DNA of 63,553 bases, filler included, from Reticulomyxa filosa (taxonomy: Eukaryota > Protista > Foraminifera): assembly GCA_000512085.1 (NCBI GenBank). It is 21 parts of 21 records of this genome, joined end to end, with 100 filler letters (N's around TTAATTAATTAA, not from the genome) between each part and the next. Parts side by side here need not be neighbours in the genome. Positions count along the whole stretch, not along the records: positions 12,797 to 18,786 come from ASPP01010960.1; positions 18,887 to 20,869 come from ASPP01013987.1; positions 20,970 to 21,969 come from ASPP01037282.1; positions 22,070 to 24,292 come from ASPP01018183.1; positions 24,393 to 28,991 come from ASPP01017576.1; 16 more parts are not named here. One strand, 5' to 3'. The notes under the pieces were generated by a model. It made no database searches and was not told the origin of the DNA. It was given only the letters and a program-made list of their open reading frames with translations. Shown here piece after piece: positions 12,888-26,057 of the stretch (within the stretch, counting starts at the first letter, position 1; every line of letters starts with the position of its first letter). Position numbers and translations under genes: made by a program.

Positions 12888-14353
12888 CAAAATATGCGCC
12901 ATTTTTTTCATTAGTTGTGTGCCTATGGGCGCACGTGATGATAAAAAGTTGGAATCGGAAGGCCAGCTATTTGAGCGTGCGTTGGAACACGTACAAAGTG
13001 GATAAGTACGAGCACGTGAGGAGCGAATTTACTGGCAAGCTTCGCGTTTCACCAGTGACTGGCAAATTGGAGCGCCATTACTCCAATCTTCGGAGGTTGC
13101 CCGCTTTTTTCCTCGGCTTTGTGGTCACCGTGTTCATGCTTTTCATTGCGTTTTGTATCATGACGTGTTCCTTGAATCTGCAAGTTGATCTTTTCTTTAT
13201 TTGTTTGTTAGTTTTGTATACTGTATGCACTTTTGCGTTTGTGCATAAAGATGTGCAAGTAATGTAGGCAACAACAAAAAATGAAACATACACATATCGT
13301 TTGCCTCTTCTTCTTTTTCTTCTTTTTGATCGTACAAATGAACGAATATAGGGGTACATCCATAGCCGACAGTCATTTATGTATATATCATATCTGGATG
13401 ATCTCAGCGAGCCAGGGGCGATATTCGATAGTGAAAACTCGTATGTGATGTGGGTTGTTCCGGTAATACTGAATTCGATAGGCATTAATTGTCTGAACAA
13501 AATATACAGCAAAGTGGCCGAGTTGCTAACATCATTGGAAAATTGGAAGTATCAATGCGAATTTGACAACTCATTGATTTTGAAACGCTTTTTATTTGAA
13601 TTTTTGGATGCTTACTTACCTCTATTCTATGTGGCATTTTATCAAATGGATATTACCAAATTGCAATCAGAATTGCTGGGCTTATTCTTGGCCGATGAAA
13701 TTCGGCGTGTTGTTGTGGAATCTGTGCTCCCGACGGTCTATCATTATGTCATGTATTCGTCCAACAAAATCATAAAAAAGCAGTCACTTTTGGACAAACT
13801 TTTGGAGGAGAAACACTTGGAAGAATACGAGTATTTTGATGATTATTTGGAGATGATCACCCAATTTGGCTATATTACCTTGTTTGCCAGCGCTTATCCT
13901 TTGGCTGCTTTGTTGGCTTGGATTGAGAATTTGTTTGAAGTTTGGAGTGACTCTTATCGCTTGTGCTACGTTACCAAGCGACCAAATATTGTCTACCGGT
14001 CCAACAACATGAACAAAATGTGGCTACTTATTTTGAATTTTATGGCCTGGGTTGGCATTCTTACCAATACCTTTCTTTTTGCTTTCACAACCGAACAAAT
14101 GGAAGAGTGGTTCCCAGATTGGTATCAACACAGTGCAAATGATGACACTGCAGGTTTTCAAGAAATCAAGTCTGGGAAAGGCAGATATGTGGTGCTTGTT
14201 ATGTTCTTGATTGAACATTTGATTGGCATTTTTGCTTATTTGATCCATTTCCTCCTCGATGACCACTCCTCTCAAACCAAGGATGCGATTTCGAAACGTA
14301 AGTTTCTTTTGAAACAAATTCAATTACTTCCAAAAACACATAGCTCTTCTTGA
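12888..14353 (+). CDS. Anoctamin/TMEM16 (ANO10/TMEM16K-like) scramblase/channel, 5' truncated
   Basis: Motifs RVSPVTGKLERHY, LTSLENWKY..DNSLILKRFLFEF, FDDYLEMITQFGYITLFASAYPLA, ENLFEVWSD, KRP, LIEHL. Intron 13184-13351 gives LNLQ/GYI. Confidence 0.95.
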
Positions 14354-14675
14354 ACGTCTTAATTTGAGCAAGCCTTTTTTGAATTGCCGAAATAAGTATT
14401 TTTTAAAAAAAAATGGATTTTAACAAATGATCATTTTACAACGTTTTTTGTAAATTTCATTGCAATTAAATTTTAACACTGTCCTACAAATACAGCAAGA
14501 CTTGACTTTTGTCAATTGTTGTTACTCTAAACTTTTTTATTTGAACCAAGGGATCAATTTTTCAACAACAATGTACCACCAAACAAATTAAAAATTATTT
14601 CCAAATAATCAGGTATTATTTATTTCTGTTAAAAATCGGTTTTATGGATCGAAGAGAGAACAAGGAGGAAAAAAA

Positions 14676-15821
14676 TCAAACACTATGAAAAGAAAAAGAC
14701 AAGGAAATCATGGCCTTCAATTTGGATGAATGTTCAAACATCCCTTCCCATCCCCCACCACCGGTAACATCAACGGTCTGACAATGAAGATATTTGAGCT
14801 GTTGCAATCGTTGATAAAAACCGGTAGGATTTGCATCCCAATCCAATGAAATTTTTTGCGAATTATTTTGAGAAATTCCCCCGCCAATGCTCATAACATC
14901 ATCTCGCGCAAGCGGTAAATCGGAGTTGGTATTTTGAAAGATGATCTGCACTCCTCCTCCCCCACCGTTGTCCTGACCACCCGCGAATGACTCTCCAGCG
15001 CTGACAGCCCCCCCTCCTGCGCCCATTGAGATCAAAGTATTTGCCCCTTTACATTGAACAGACATGCCACTTCCATAGCCAAAGCCATAGCCCTTCAAGT
15101 CGGTACTGCCATATGGCTCTTCAGCGTTTATCAGCAATGGCAGATCATTCATCATCACACTCATGTAGCCAGTGTTATTGCTGGTAAAAAGATCGTGCAA
15201 ATACTTATACGAATGCTCAAAAGATTGACAAGTGAAATGTTCAACCAAGTGCGACGTGTTCATCCGATTGTCTTTGCTCTTTTTTTCTTCTTCTTGAACT
15301 GTAAATTGAATTGTGTGTTTTATCTCTTTAGAAAATGCAAGCAAGGCGTCAGAGATGACTAAGTTGAACGCGTGAAGAATACACGATACATCAACGCTAG
15401 GAGATGCCTTCGTATGAGTGCTTTTGGTAGTGTTTACTATTGCATACGTGCGATCCAATGGAGAAAATTGCACGTTATATGTCGTTGCAGTGGAGAGATC
15501 ATTTCCCTTTGTCGAATGCCCACCAGTACTACGAAACTGTCGCAAGGCGTATGCCTCAGCATATGATTGTTTCGATGAAAATGTCTTCGACGATGTTATA
15601 GGGCCAAAGAAATTCACCGACAAAACTAAGTATGATATCAACACTGTTATAAGCAGCAGAGAATTCACACACAAACAAAATCTTCCAAAATTTTGGAGAA
15701 AGAGTGTCTTCACACTCCACGAGTACAAAGAATAGTTAAAGGAGCTCTTCCGGTGGTGGAATTGAGCGAGTCTGGATAACTTCAAGTTATGAAGACTTAT
15801 GATATTTCTAAAAAAAGGCAT
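14676..15821 (-). CDS. Hypothetical type II membrane/secreted protein with a glycine-rich C-terminal domain
   Basis: Long intronless ORF, likely start Met at 15821. One hydrophobic helix (SLLLITVLISYLVLSVNF), then repeated G-rich motifs (GYGFGYGSG, MGAGGG, GGGGGVQ, VTGGGG). Confidence 0.7.
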   Translation of the reverse strand: MPFFRNIISLHNLKLSRLAQFHHRKSSFNYSLYSWSVKTLFLQNFGRFCLCVNSLLLITVLISYLVLSVNFFGPITSSKTFSSKQSYAEAYALRQFRSTGGHSTKGNDLSTATTYNVQFSPLDRTYAIVNTTKSTHTKASPSVDVSCILHAFNLVISDALLAFSKEIKHTIQFTVQEEEKKSKDNRMNTSHLVEHFTCQSFEHSYKYLHDLFTSNNTGYMSVMMNDLPLLINAEEPYGSTDLKGYGFGYGSGMSVQCKGANTLISMGAGGGAVSAGESFAGGQDNGGGGGVQIIFQNTNSDLPLARDDVMSIGGGISQNNSQKISLDWDANPTGFYQRLQQLKYLHCQTVDVTGGGGWEGMFEHSSKLKAMISLSFSFHSV

Positions 15822-16276
15822 GATCAAAATTGGTTTTAGGTCACCGCTTTGTTGCTTATAAAAAACTGTTTGGCAAACAATTTTAAAAAATTTAAAAATT
15901 TTAATCAAGGCATCATTATAAATTTCATTGCTGATTTTTGATCTATATGCAATATTTTTCAGTTGAAAAATTAAATAATGGACATTGAGCATAAAAAAAA
16001 AAGCAAAGCACTGCATCAATCTTTAGTGATTTGATCATAATTTTAGTAGATAAATGTCGGTAATCATTATTCCATTTTTACTTTCTTTTGACAAGATTTT
16101 CCAATAAAACCACTCGACGAGTAATTTTTTGTTGCGATTATTACAAGAGAAGGCAAACATGGCTTAAAAAAAAAAGTCCAGTTGTTTTTGTGGAATAGAC
16201 AACATGCAACAAATAGTTAACAAAACAACTAAACAAACATAGTGTTGCTTTTTTCCAAGCCAAAATTTCAGTTCGC

Positions 16277-17742
16277 TTAATCGGCACTGACAACGATTTT
16301 TTTCTTTTTTCTTTCATCATCAGGCTCATAGCGGGCTCTGTTTAAGACTTGCAACATTGTTTTAACACGAGCTCGCATTTGGGAATGGAAGAAAGCTTTT
16401 GCACATTTAATATGGTATGTCAAATACGCTCGGAATCCGATGACGTTCTCAACTGCAGTTTCTAATTTACTTTCTTTAATATGTTCGGGCAACAATACTG
16501 TTAATTTTTTGGAGCACACAGCAAAAACAATTTTTGGAATTACCATCACCACAAAAAAAAAAAATATATCTATATATGTATATGTATATAAGCAGCTCTC
16601 GCTCAACAGACGCTAAAATATCCAATAAATGCGTTTTTATCAAAGTTTGGAATTTTAGCATTTTTCAATTCCATTGGTGGGGTTTTTGCATAAGATACCA
16701 CAGGGGTATTCGCAAATTCACGTTGTCGACGAACTTCTACGAATCCCTTTTTTTATTTAAAGAAAGACAAATTATAGGATTTTCAAAAAAGCCTCATTTG
16801 TGTGTCAAAAAAAAAAAAAATTTATCATTTTTTTTTTTTTATTGACAGTTTAATTTCCTCACTTCCTACTACTTTAATAAATGTGGAAATGTTAATACTT
16901 TTTCGCTTAACGTTTAAGACTTGATTAGCAATAACACGGTCAGAACGGGTGGGGAATTCAAGCGCATATACAATAGTCAAACGATCGCCGCCGGGGCAAA
17001 TCCACATATACGTGTCTGGTCTGAACTTTACCTCAAACACTTCTTTCAATGCCTTTTTTTCATCCAAGGCTTTGCAGTATTGATACAACGGACCACCCAA
17101 AGCATATACTCTCAGTTTGGAAAATGCTTTGCCTATTGTTTCTTTGTAATTTTTTTTTTTTTTGTCATCACTTTTGTAAGTATACGTTTATTTATTTTTC
17201 TTTTTGACTCGCCCCCTTTTTTTTTTAGTTTATGAAAAAAATTTTGTGATCTTTCTACGAATAGAAGAAGATTTTTTTTTTACCTGCTCGCTCTGATGAC
17301 TTTTCATCGCTCAATGGAATTTCAAAGTCCATTCCATCGGCTGTACTCGTTTTGATGTATTCTCCCAATTTTTGTTTAATCCAGTCTTCTGAACCTTGTG
17401 ATTTCAAAACGCTCCAGTTTGGACATTGCAATGATACCGACATACGGGTACGGTCATCTTTGTCTACCACCAATTGATAGGACACATTGTCAAAATCATA
17501 CAATTTTGATTCACAAGGCTCCTTCTTCTCTCTGTAATATTTTTTTGTTTGTTTGTTTTTGTCTTGTAGAAAGTACGTCTCGATCGTGGGGTGTTTGTTA
17601 AGACCAGGTGTGTCTTTGAGATTTTTTTAAGTGAAGGGGGAAAATCATGACAAAGAAAAATGAAAACAACGAACGCTTGCAGCTTTTGCTGAATTCCTTC
17701 TTGAAGGACCTTGTTGTCCGCTCCGAGCAAAATCAACGCCAT
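16277..17742 (-). CDS. ARPC2: Arp2/3 complex subunit 2 (p34-Arc)
   Basis: MALILLGADN start, DFDNVSY, FRPDTYMWI..DRLTIVYALEF..DRVIA, GFVEVRR, PPMEL, FRAYLTYHIKCAKAFFHSQMRARV..LQVLNRA. Multi-exon. Confidence 0.96.
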
Positions 17743-18080
17743 GGAGACTTCAGTCTTTTGTTACTAAACAAACAAAAAAATCTTTGTTAAGGGGAAAACC
17801 AGCAAAACTTCAACGTTTCACAAAGACTTGTATTGCTCTACAGTAACTGCGCTTTTCTTTTCTTGATCGTTTTGTAAGATTCAAAAGTTTATATTAGACA
17901 ATTGGAACTACAAAGTCTGACACAATGCAAAAGCAGTTAAACCTTTCGAAACTCAAGTAAAAAAATTTCTGGTGCGTCCAGTTCATTGAGCAAGTTTTGA
18001 TGAGGGTATGCACAAATTCAAGGTTGCAATGATTGCCACACGCGACCAGACAGCCCACTTTTTCCGATAAACAAAGCAAT
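17743..18080. promoter_or_regulatory. Probable bidirectional promoter between ARPC2 and the MFS gene
   Basis: Head-to-head ATGs at 17742 (-) and 18081 (+), about 340 bp apart on one contig. Function is inferred. Confidence 0.45.
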
Positions 18081-18677
18081 ATGCAGTTGCTGGGGGAAGA
18101 TACAAAAATTTTTGAGGACGGGTATGACCTTATTACCTTCTCCCCTCTTTCCTTTTTTTTTTTTTGTTTTGTATTTTCTTTTTGGAAACTGAGAGTTGAA
18201 TATTCGTTGTATGAGTAAATAAATATTAGCATAATGTTGGACATTCAAACGGGCGTTTCCCCTCGGCGTTTTGTGATACTGTTCTTGTTTTCCATAACGA
18301 CAATGCAACAGTGTAACAATTGGAGCACTTACACAGTGTTTTCGGAGCAAGTGGGTGACCTATACGGATGGGGTAAAGATACAGTGAATCTCTTAACGGG
18401 CTGGGGTAGTATTTTGTACATTCCGGTGTCATTTGTAGCTCCCACATCATTGACTCGTGGGGTTATCGCAAGTGCATAACGTACTCGATGGGTCTTGTGT
18501 GTCTTGCAAACATTATGAGGTGCTTTTTCACAAAGCACCCACAAGCACCGTGGGATTTACTGTTCGCACATGCTTCTTGTATAATAAATGCCCTGACAGG
18601 GCCAGTGCTTGCAATCCAAACAAAGATTTCGTCAGAATGGTTTCCAGTGCATGAAAGGATCACTGCCACTGGCATAG
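18081..18677 (+). CDS. MFS transporter, FLVCR/DIRC2 (SLC49)-like, 3' truncated
   Basis: Motifs RRFVILFLFS..QCNNWSTY, VNLLTGWG, DSWGYRK, TKISSEWFPVHERITATGIG. Intron after FEDG. -1 break at CCC 18441-18443. Confidence 0.88.
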
Positions 18678-18894
18678 GTAAATTTAAATAAAATTAAATT
18701 AAAAAAAAAAAAAACGGGGGGGGGAGGGGAAAAGGGGGGGTTTTGAAAGCAAAGGGGGGGGGAGAGAAAAAATACGTACATACGTANNNNNNNNNNNNNN
18801 NNNNNNNNNNNNNNNNNNNNNNNNNNNNNNTTAATTAATTAANNNNNNNNNNNNNNNNNNNNNNNNNNNNNNNNNNNNNNNNNNNNAAAAAAAT

Positions 18895-18933
<39 letters not shown>

Positions 18934-18992
18934 CGATAAAATTATGTATATGTATATATTATGATATATGGTATATGCGCGTGTGCATATAG

Positions 18993-20830
18993 ATGAACGG
19001 TGAGCGTGCGGCGTTGGGAAATCAAATCGAACAAGATCTTTTCTTTTGTTTGTTTGATATATGGACTCGAGCGCAAGTTCAAAATAGTGAATTGTGGGAA
19101 AAATTGCGCAAATTGGTCAGTGCGGGTGAGTGGGTCTATCGCCATTGGTTTATTGAAAGCTGGGGCTTGTGTTGTACGGCGTTGGCACGGAGATTGATCT
19201 ATATGTTGTATGGCGGAGACAACGGTAATCCCATTGTGGAAATTTATTGGCCTTTGATTGGATCACAATCAAGAACAATTGACAATTCTTTGCGTGGCAT
19301 CCCACTGATCAACACTCAACACAAACGAATGAATCCGATTACTCCGGGCAGTACCGCCAATTTAAACAATTTCCAAATGCTTACTCTCGGCATTGATGGC
19401 GATAAAGATATAAACACAGTTGATAATAGTATGAATACTATTGTTGCCAACAATGGAACGGACAATTCCAATAGCAACAACATTGCCAATACTAATAACA
19501 ATAGCAATAATGGTAACGTCATCAACAATAATAACAACAGTATCAATAACAATAACAATAGCAATAATAATAACAGCAATGGGAATGTGAGGATAGGAAC
19601 TGAGGAAACCAAATTTGACAATGACAATAATGCTGGAAAGGTCGATTTTGATAATACAAGATTCAGTCCAGCTACGAATAAAAAAGTTGTTGAAGTAGCG
19701 TATATGCAAGGCCAAGTATCCCTTTTTGGACAGTCCACTGGAGGCATACCCAATGGAAACATTAATACCAACACAATGTCGGGTGGAGATGTGTTGGCCA
19801 TGGTCACTGCTGTCGATGTCACGGAGCCAAGATTGGTTGAGTGTCTTTACGTCCATATCTGTATATCTTTGTTACATACGTGTATGATGCACATATATGT
19901 ATATATTTATGTATATTTATATATTTATATATGTATGTAATATATAACACACATACACATAAAAAAAAAAAGATAATATATTTGTGGAATGAAATGCTAA
20001 ATATTTTGGATCTCAACTCAATTGCCGATCCCGAGTGCTTTGCAATTGCAATTGCCTGGGTATCGTACATGGTGGACCTGTTTGGTAATGTGAACGTGAC
20101 CATCAATCAACGTCGTAGTGGGTTATTGCCACCAAATGGTAATAGTGTCCTACAAATATTTGGAAACAAACTGTTCACAGCGTCATTGAAAATCAATGGA
20201 TTTGAGTCTGCACATGCTATTTCCTTGGGAGGATTGTGTCGCATTTTCTGTGGTCGACCATTCACAATATTTGAAGAAAAATACTTGCTTAATTTCTATC
20301 ACACGGTGGAAAACTTTTTGAAAAACACTCAAGAAATTAAAGAACAAGCGAGAAAACAAGTCATTATGCATGGAGGAACATTATTCGCGTGTGGATTTGG
20401 TGGAGTGAGATCCTTGGCAGATGTTTTCTTACATCACATTCGTGCCATCTTTCAACTCCAAAACAAAGACGCCCGGCTGAGATTGTGTGCTATTAACATG
20501 CTTGCCTCCTTTGTTTGCTTGGAATGGCACTTTTGGCCTACTGAATCGGTATTTGTGCATACGCCATCCTTTTCATTACATGTCATCTGTCAATTTCAAT
20601 GTCATTTTTTTTTTTTAATTAAATAAATAAAAAGAGGAAACATTGTGTGAACATTGATACATTGAATATTTTTTTGTATTTGTTGTGTATTGAAAAAAAT
20701 GGTAGAACAAATCATCAAGTCAAATGAACAAATTGAAACTAACTTTATCCAAATTGAGTGATATATTGTATGGAGGGCTCACGACGGAGGAAAATGAATA
20801 CAACTTGACCAATCTAATTTGGCTGATTTG
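18993..20830 (+). CDS. RalGAP alpha/beta (tuberin-related) subunit-like, internal fragment
   Basis: Motifs WVYRHWFIESW..LARRLIYMLYG, LWNEMLNIL, PPNGNSVLQIFGNKLF, LGGLCRIF, YLLNFY, LRLCAINML. Asn-rich insertion. Confidence 0.75.
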
Positions 20831-20869
<39 letters not shown>

Positions 20870-21037
20870 NNNNNNNNNNNNNNNNNNNNNNNNNNNNNNN
20901 NNNNNNNNNNNNNTTAATTAATTAANNNNNNNNNNNNNNNNNNNNNNNNNNNNNNNNNNNNNNNNNNNNTTTTTTTTTTTTTGGTGGCAACCTGAAATGA
21001 ATTTCAAACACCCCACAAGAAAGAACAGCACAAAAAG

Positions 21038-21969
21038 ATGTTGTTAAATGCATCTAAAGCGGGTTTTGATTCCGAGCCTTTGCTTGTGACGACGATGGTG
21101 ACGAGTTTTGTATGTAGCGCCTACTGCCTGTGTTTGTTGTTTGTGGTTTGGCGTTACTTATGGGCGAAACGATCGCCACGAGTTCCGAGTGAGTCAATAA
21201 TAGAGAGACCGACAACAATAGAGCTTGAGAGTGCGACAGCATCGGACGTGAGAAAAGAGAGAGACGAGACGGGTCCAATTGATAGTAGAATTAAGTGGAT
21301 TGTAACATTGTATGTGCTAAGTAATTATTTGATATGCATTGGCAGTACGTGTGAACGTCTATTATATGCAATGCCCTTCTTCCCTGGCAAAGGATGTCAA
21401 GCCACGTTATACGTGTCCTATGTTCGAGTACTTGCAGACGGACTTTTTTTTCTGTTTTATTTGGTCCGTGCAACCATTCTGCTTGAACACAGTGTGTATC
21501 AAATACCAAAGAAGCAGCAATATTTCCTTAGTATTGTACCAATGATCACTTACGGCGGTCTATTTGTCGCATTCAATTTACGCTTGCAAGTGCATGGGTG
21601 TCATTTTGCTGACCTCACGTCCACCATTTTGGTTATTTTGCTATGTGCTTGCCATTTGTTTTGGAATGCTGCCTTATTGTATTTCTTGACCTATCATATC
21701 CAACAAGTTTTGTGTAATGAAAGCATTTATGTCAATAAAGTGATTCTTTCTTTATTTTTTATTTTTTATTTTTTATTTATTTCAATTGAAAATGAACAGT
21801 TGAGAAAAAGCGAATTGTTTCTCGACAAAGAGTTGCAAGAGATATTGAAAAAATACTTGGAAAAGTTGCTGCGATTGTCAATTGCAGGTGCAATAGTCAC
21901 CTTTGCGATGTATGCCCTTGCTATGGCTATCCCCTTGACAGAGGCCGTGTGGATTGTTATTTATATTGA
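21038..21969 (+). CDS. Seven-transmembrane GPCR-like protein (3' truncated)
   Basis: At least six hydrophobic helices with GPCR-like spacing, a Cys before TM3 and an Arg at its end (FYLVR). Probable 93-nt intron 21707-21799. Confidence 0.65.
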
Positions 21970-24392
21970 NNNNNNNNNNNNNNNNNNNNNNNNNNNNNNN
22001 NNNNNNNNNNNNNTTAATTAATTAANNNNNNNNNNNNNNNNNNNNNNNNNNNNNNNNNNNNNNNNNNNNTATTTTCCCTTCATTTGCTTTTTTTTAAAAA
22101 TTTTAGTGTTATTCAAGTTTAGAATTGTTGCTTTAATTTTTTGAACTAATTGTCCTATTTTTGGCACGACAATATTTTTTTTTGTTTTGTTTTTATCATA
22201 TTTTTTTTTTTCCTTTAATATAAGACAATGAAATTTGTGTTCAATTATCATGAATCATATTGTATTTGTAGTTTTATTTTTATGATAAAATTTTTTTTTT
22301 TTTATTGATTGTTAGTATACTTTTTGGTAAGACTTTTTATTGTGTAGTAATAGAATTATATAATAAAACTAACAAGAAAAATATATTCATTGTGTGACGC
22401 ATAATTTATATGCAAGCAATTTCTGCTATTTCGAAACATCAAAAAAACAATATATTCCATTATTACCTAAAAAATGTTTTGGAGTAAGAAAAACTACTAA
22501 TTATTGCTTAAAGAATTAGTTTTATTGACTTTTTTCTTTGAAATTATATCAAATTTTAATTCAACGAATAATAAATATCAGTATTCAAACAATATATTGA
22601 AAAAGTTTGTCGCCTTCTGGATTACTATTTGATAATAAAACTCGAAAACACTATATTTTATATTTTATACTTTATACTTTGATATTTTTTATGAGTTTTT
22701 TTGAAGTTTAATATAAAGTATACTTGTTTTAAAGCTTATCCTTTTTCTTTTTCATCACCATAAATATATAATGACTTGTAATTTACATAACACATAACAA
22801 ATGTCTTATGAATTGTGGTAAATAAATAATTTAATACTTTTATGGAGACACATTATACAGTAAGTAGAAGAGTTTTTTTCAAGTGTTACAGATACTGTCG
22901 AATTGAAAAAAGTAATTGTATCTAATAACATTCATAATCAAACATTAACATATATTCTTCAAGACAAGACTGAGTTGTCATAACAACTTGTATACAGATC
23001 ATTAAAAAACTTTTGTCGAAAAAAACTCAGGATTCAGATAATATATATGCACATAGTGTTTTCTTTTATACTATTTAGAAAAATAGTTATATGATATTGT
23101 ATAATTGCAAAATACTGAAATTATTTTTCTACGTAATTTGTATGATTATATAAAAGTGAATTAAGGATTCATAAAACTTAAGAAAAAAAGTTCATAATAT
23201 CAAGCTAGCAATGCAAAGATTCACTTATTTACCAAAGAAAATGCAAAGTGAATTAATTGTAGCAAATGCTTTTTATGATCCTAATTTTATTTTCTCACAT
23301 TGACTATAATTACAAATTGTTATGACTACAAGTGATATAATTATAATAATTGATATAAAAAAAAAGAAAATAAACTTATAGTTTATAATAAAATTTTGCA
23401 CATTTAAAATTTTGTATAATACATATTCAAATTTTACATTCAAAGGCGAAAATTGAAACAATAAAAAAGAGGCAAAAACACTTATTTGCAAGTGCATCAA
23501 TTGCAAATAAAAAAAACAAATACCGTCCATTAAAGTATCTCCAGTGGTAAGCAACGTTTATCCAATTCCAAACTCATAAAAAAAATAACTACTGTATCTC
23601 TTAACACACAAACTATTTTTTCCTTATCTAAATGTACTGTTTTAACTTTAATCTTACCATTTGTTAAAAATAAAACATTTCCAAAGACTGCATTTACTGC
23701 TTTCAATCTAAAACTAAACCGCCAAAAAATGAAAATTTGTGTTGAAAGTGTGATAAAATAGTAAGTCTGAATGTGACGTAGTTTTACAAAAGTGAAAAAA
23801 CTAGTATATTTGTTGAGAGCTAAAAATCACATTCTACAAAAATGGTATATTAAATCTAGAGAACAAGCTGAAATTTGTAATTATGAAGAATATAATTGCT
23901 TGTGTCAATCTTTCAAAGGCAATTTGTCTGTTATTTTGACAAATTAATTCGCGTATTTAATTTTTTTGAATTGTCTATATGTGATGTTTTTTTCCTATAT
24001 CAGGTTCAGCAGAAAGTGATATTACAATTATTAATAATTGCGACACTATAAGGAGTGTTAGCATCCAAAATACTACAGCAGCCTATTGCATTGGCAGTCA
24101 ACCCTTCGATTTGCGATTTAAATTTTATTTCGTCGCTAGAGTCTTCCATTCAGTCGCGCAATTCGGTCATTTGATTTGTTCCTTTCGTAACACTGTCTTC
24201 GATTATCGCCAACTTCTGTTCTTTGCGTTCGAAAAACATCGACACGCGAACGGATTTCCAATGACCGCCAGTACCCAATGATTTTGTAAATCNNNNNNNN
24301 NNNNNNNNNNNNNNNNNNNNNNNNNNNNNNNNNNNNTTAATTAATTAANNNNNNNNNNNNNNNNNNNNNNNNNNNNNNNNNNNNNNNNNNNN

Positions 24393-24429
<37 letters not shown>

Positions 24430-24469
24430 GTGTAAAAAATTAACCGCAATTTGCCTTGCAATGCAACGG

Positions 24470-26024
24470 CTTTGTTCCATCGCTTCAAGATTAAATCTGG
24501 AGTAATGGATTTTGCGCATTGAAGTAAAATCTGTCGGGAAGGAAAAAGACGGTGTAGAGAGGACATTCTCTTTTTTTACTTGCAAAATGAAATCCAAAGA
24601 CAAAAATAAAAAATAAAAAACGAAACAACATCCAAATCATCGAATCCCATCTTTGTAAGCCCTTTGTTCTTGCTGGAATGATATAAGTTGCTAAGTACTG
24701 TCGACATTGCAAGTGTCTTGGATGAACCTTTTTTTTGTTGTTGTTATTGTTGTCATGTAATGTATATTGTGTTTACACACACACACACACACACACACAC
24801 AGCTTGATTACCAGGACGCCCAACAACAATAGTTGGAATTTTGACGGCTAATCCAACCAACATTACAAACAAATTTTCCGAAAAAGTCCGATTCCTGGCA
24901 ATTCCAGCTGGAATGTCGAGTATTCGCATATATCTGTTTATTTATTTTTTTTTTTTTTTTTTTTTAATTTGAATTGCTTGGTTTGATAGTGGAATAAAAA
25001 GTGGTAAGCACACCTTTGATGCTCTTTTGCAATGACATTGATCAACGAATCATTGACGATCCTCCCGGGACCACTCTTGAGATCTTCTGTGATCAATGTG
25101 TCGTATTGTTGACGGTGTTCTTGGTTCAATCGATAGTAATAGCAATGGGCGAGCGATAGCATTATTGCCTCCACAACGCCATAACTTGTTCCTTTGTCCT
25201 CGCGATTATTGAAAAACCATACAAACAAGGTATTTACACGTCGTACATCACGTAATGAGCAAACACTTCGATCCTTCAATTTTTTTCTTTTTTTTTTTTA
25301 TAATATTATTTTGGGGGGGGGGGATTAATTTTGTCAAAGAATATATACATACGTATACATCATATGTATATAACTTTACCTGAGAAATTTTTGAGACTCA
25401 GAGATAAGATGAATAAAACACTGCTGAAGATTCTTCAATAGTGACTCTGCATCCGTCTTTTTCTTTTTATCGGCTACTCTTGAATAGAAACTTACGCTGT
25501 CAAGAAACTCTGGCTTACTCCACATGTTCTTGGTCATGACGGTAATGTACTGCTGTTCATCGACTTCCGACAGCGAACCAAAATTCCATACATATATTTC
25601 CAATGATTTCGGCAATGGGAATACTTGATACACCAAATCACTCATTTCTTTGTCCAACTCTGTCAAGTAATGCTTTGACACGTTTTTGTCCTCGAGTTTG
25701 TTGCGTGGACCATTCGAAGGGATTTTCGGACGAGTTCGATATGGATTCAACGCTGCGACTACAACAACATTCCCTGGGAATACTTTGCCCTTTAAACTGT
25801 GGTCGCATACCACCTCTTTGAACGCGCCAATCTCAGGACTGGTGTTGATCTCATCCAAGAACACCAAGTACGTACACTTGGGATTGCGACTGGCTTCTTG
25901 CAAGGGGTCTTCCAAATCACGTTGCAAGTCTTCCACCGTATAGCCACCGTGGACGTCAATTGACGTCATTTGAATGTTCAATGCACTTGCCATGAATTTC
26001 AGCAATTTTGTTTTGCCACAACCT

Positions 26025-26057
<33 letters not shown>

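Noticed and set aside
24000-24292. NHWVLAVIGNP on the minus strand as a SENP6/7 motif
   Set aside because: That frame stops soon after and another frame reads equally well. Too short to assign.
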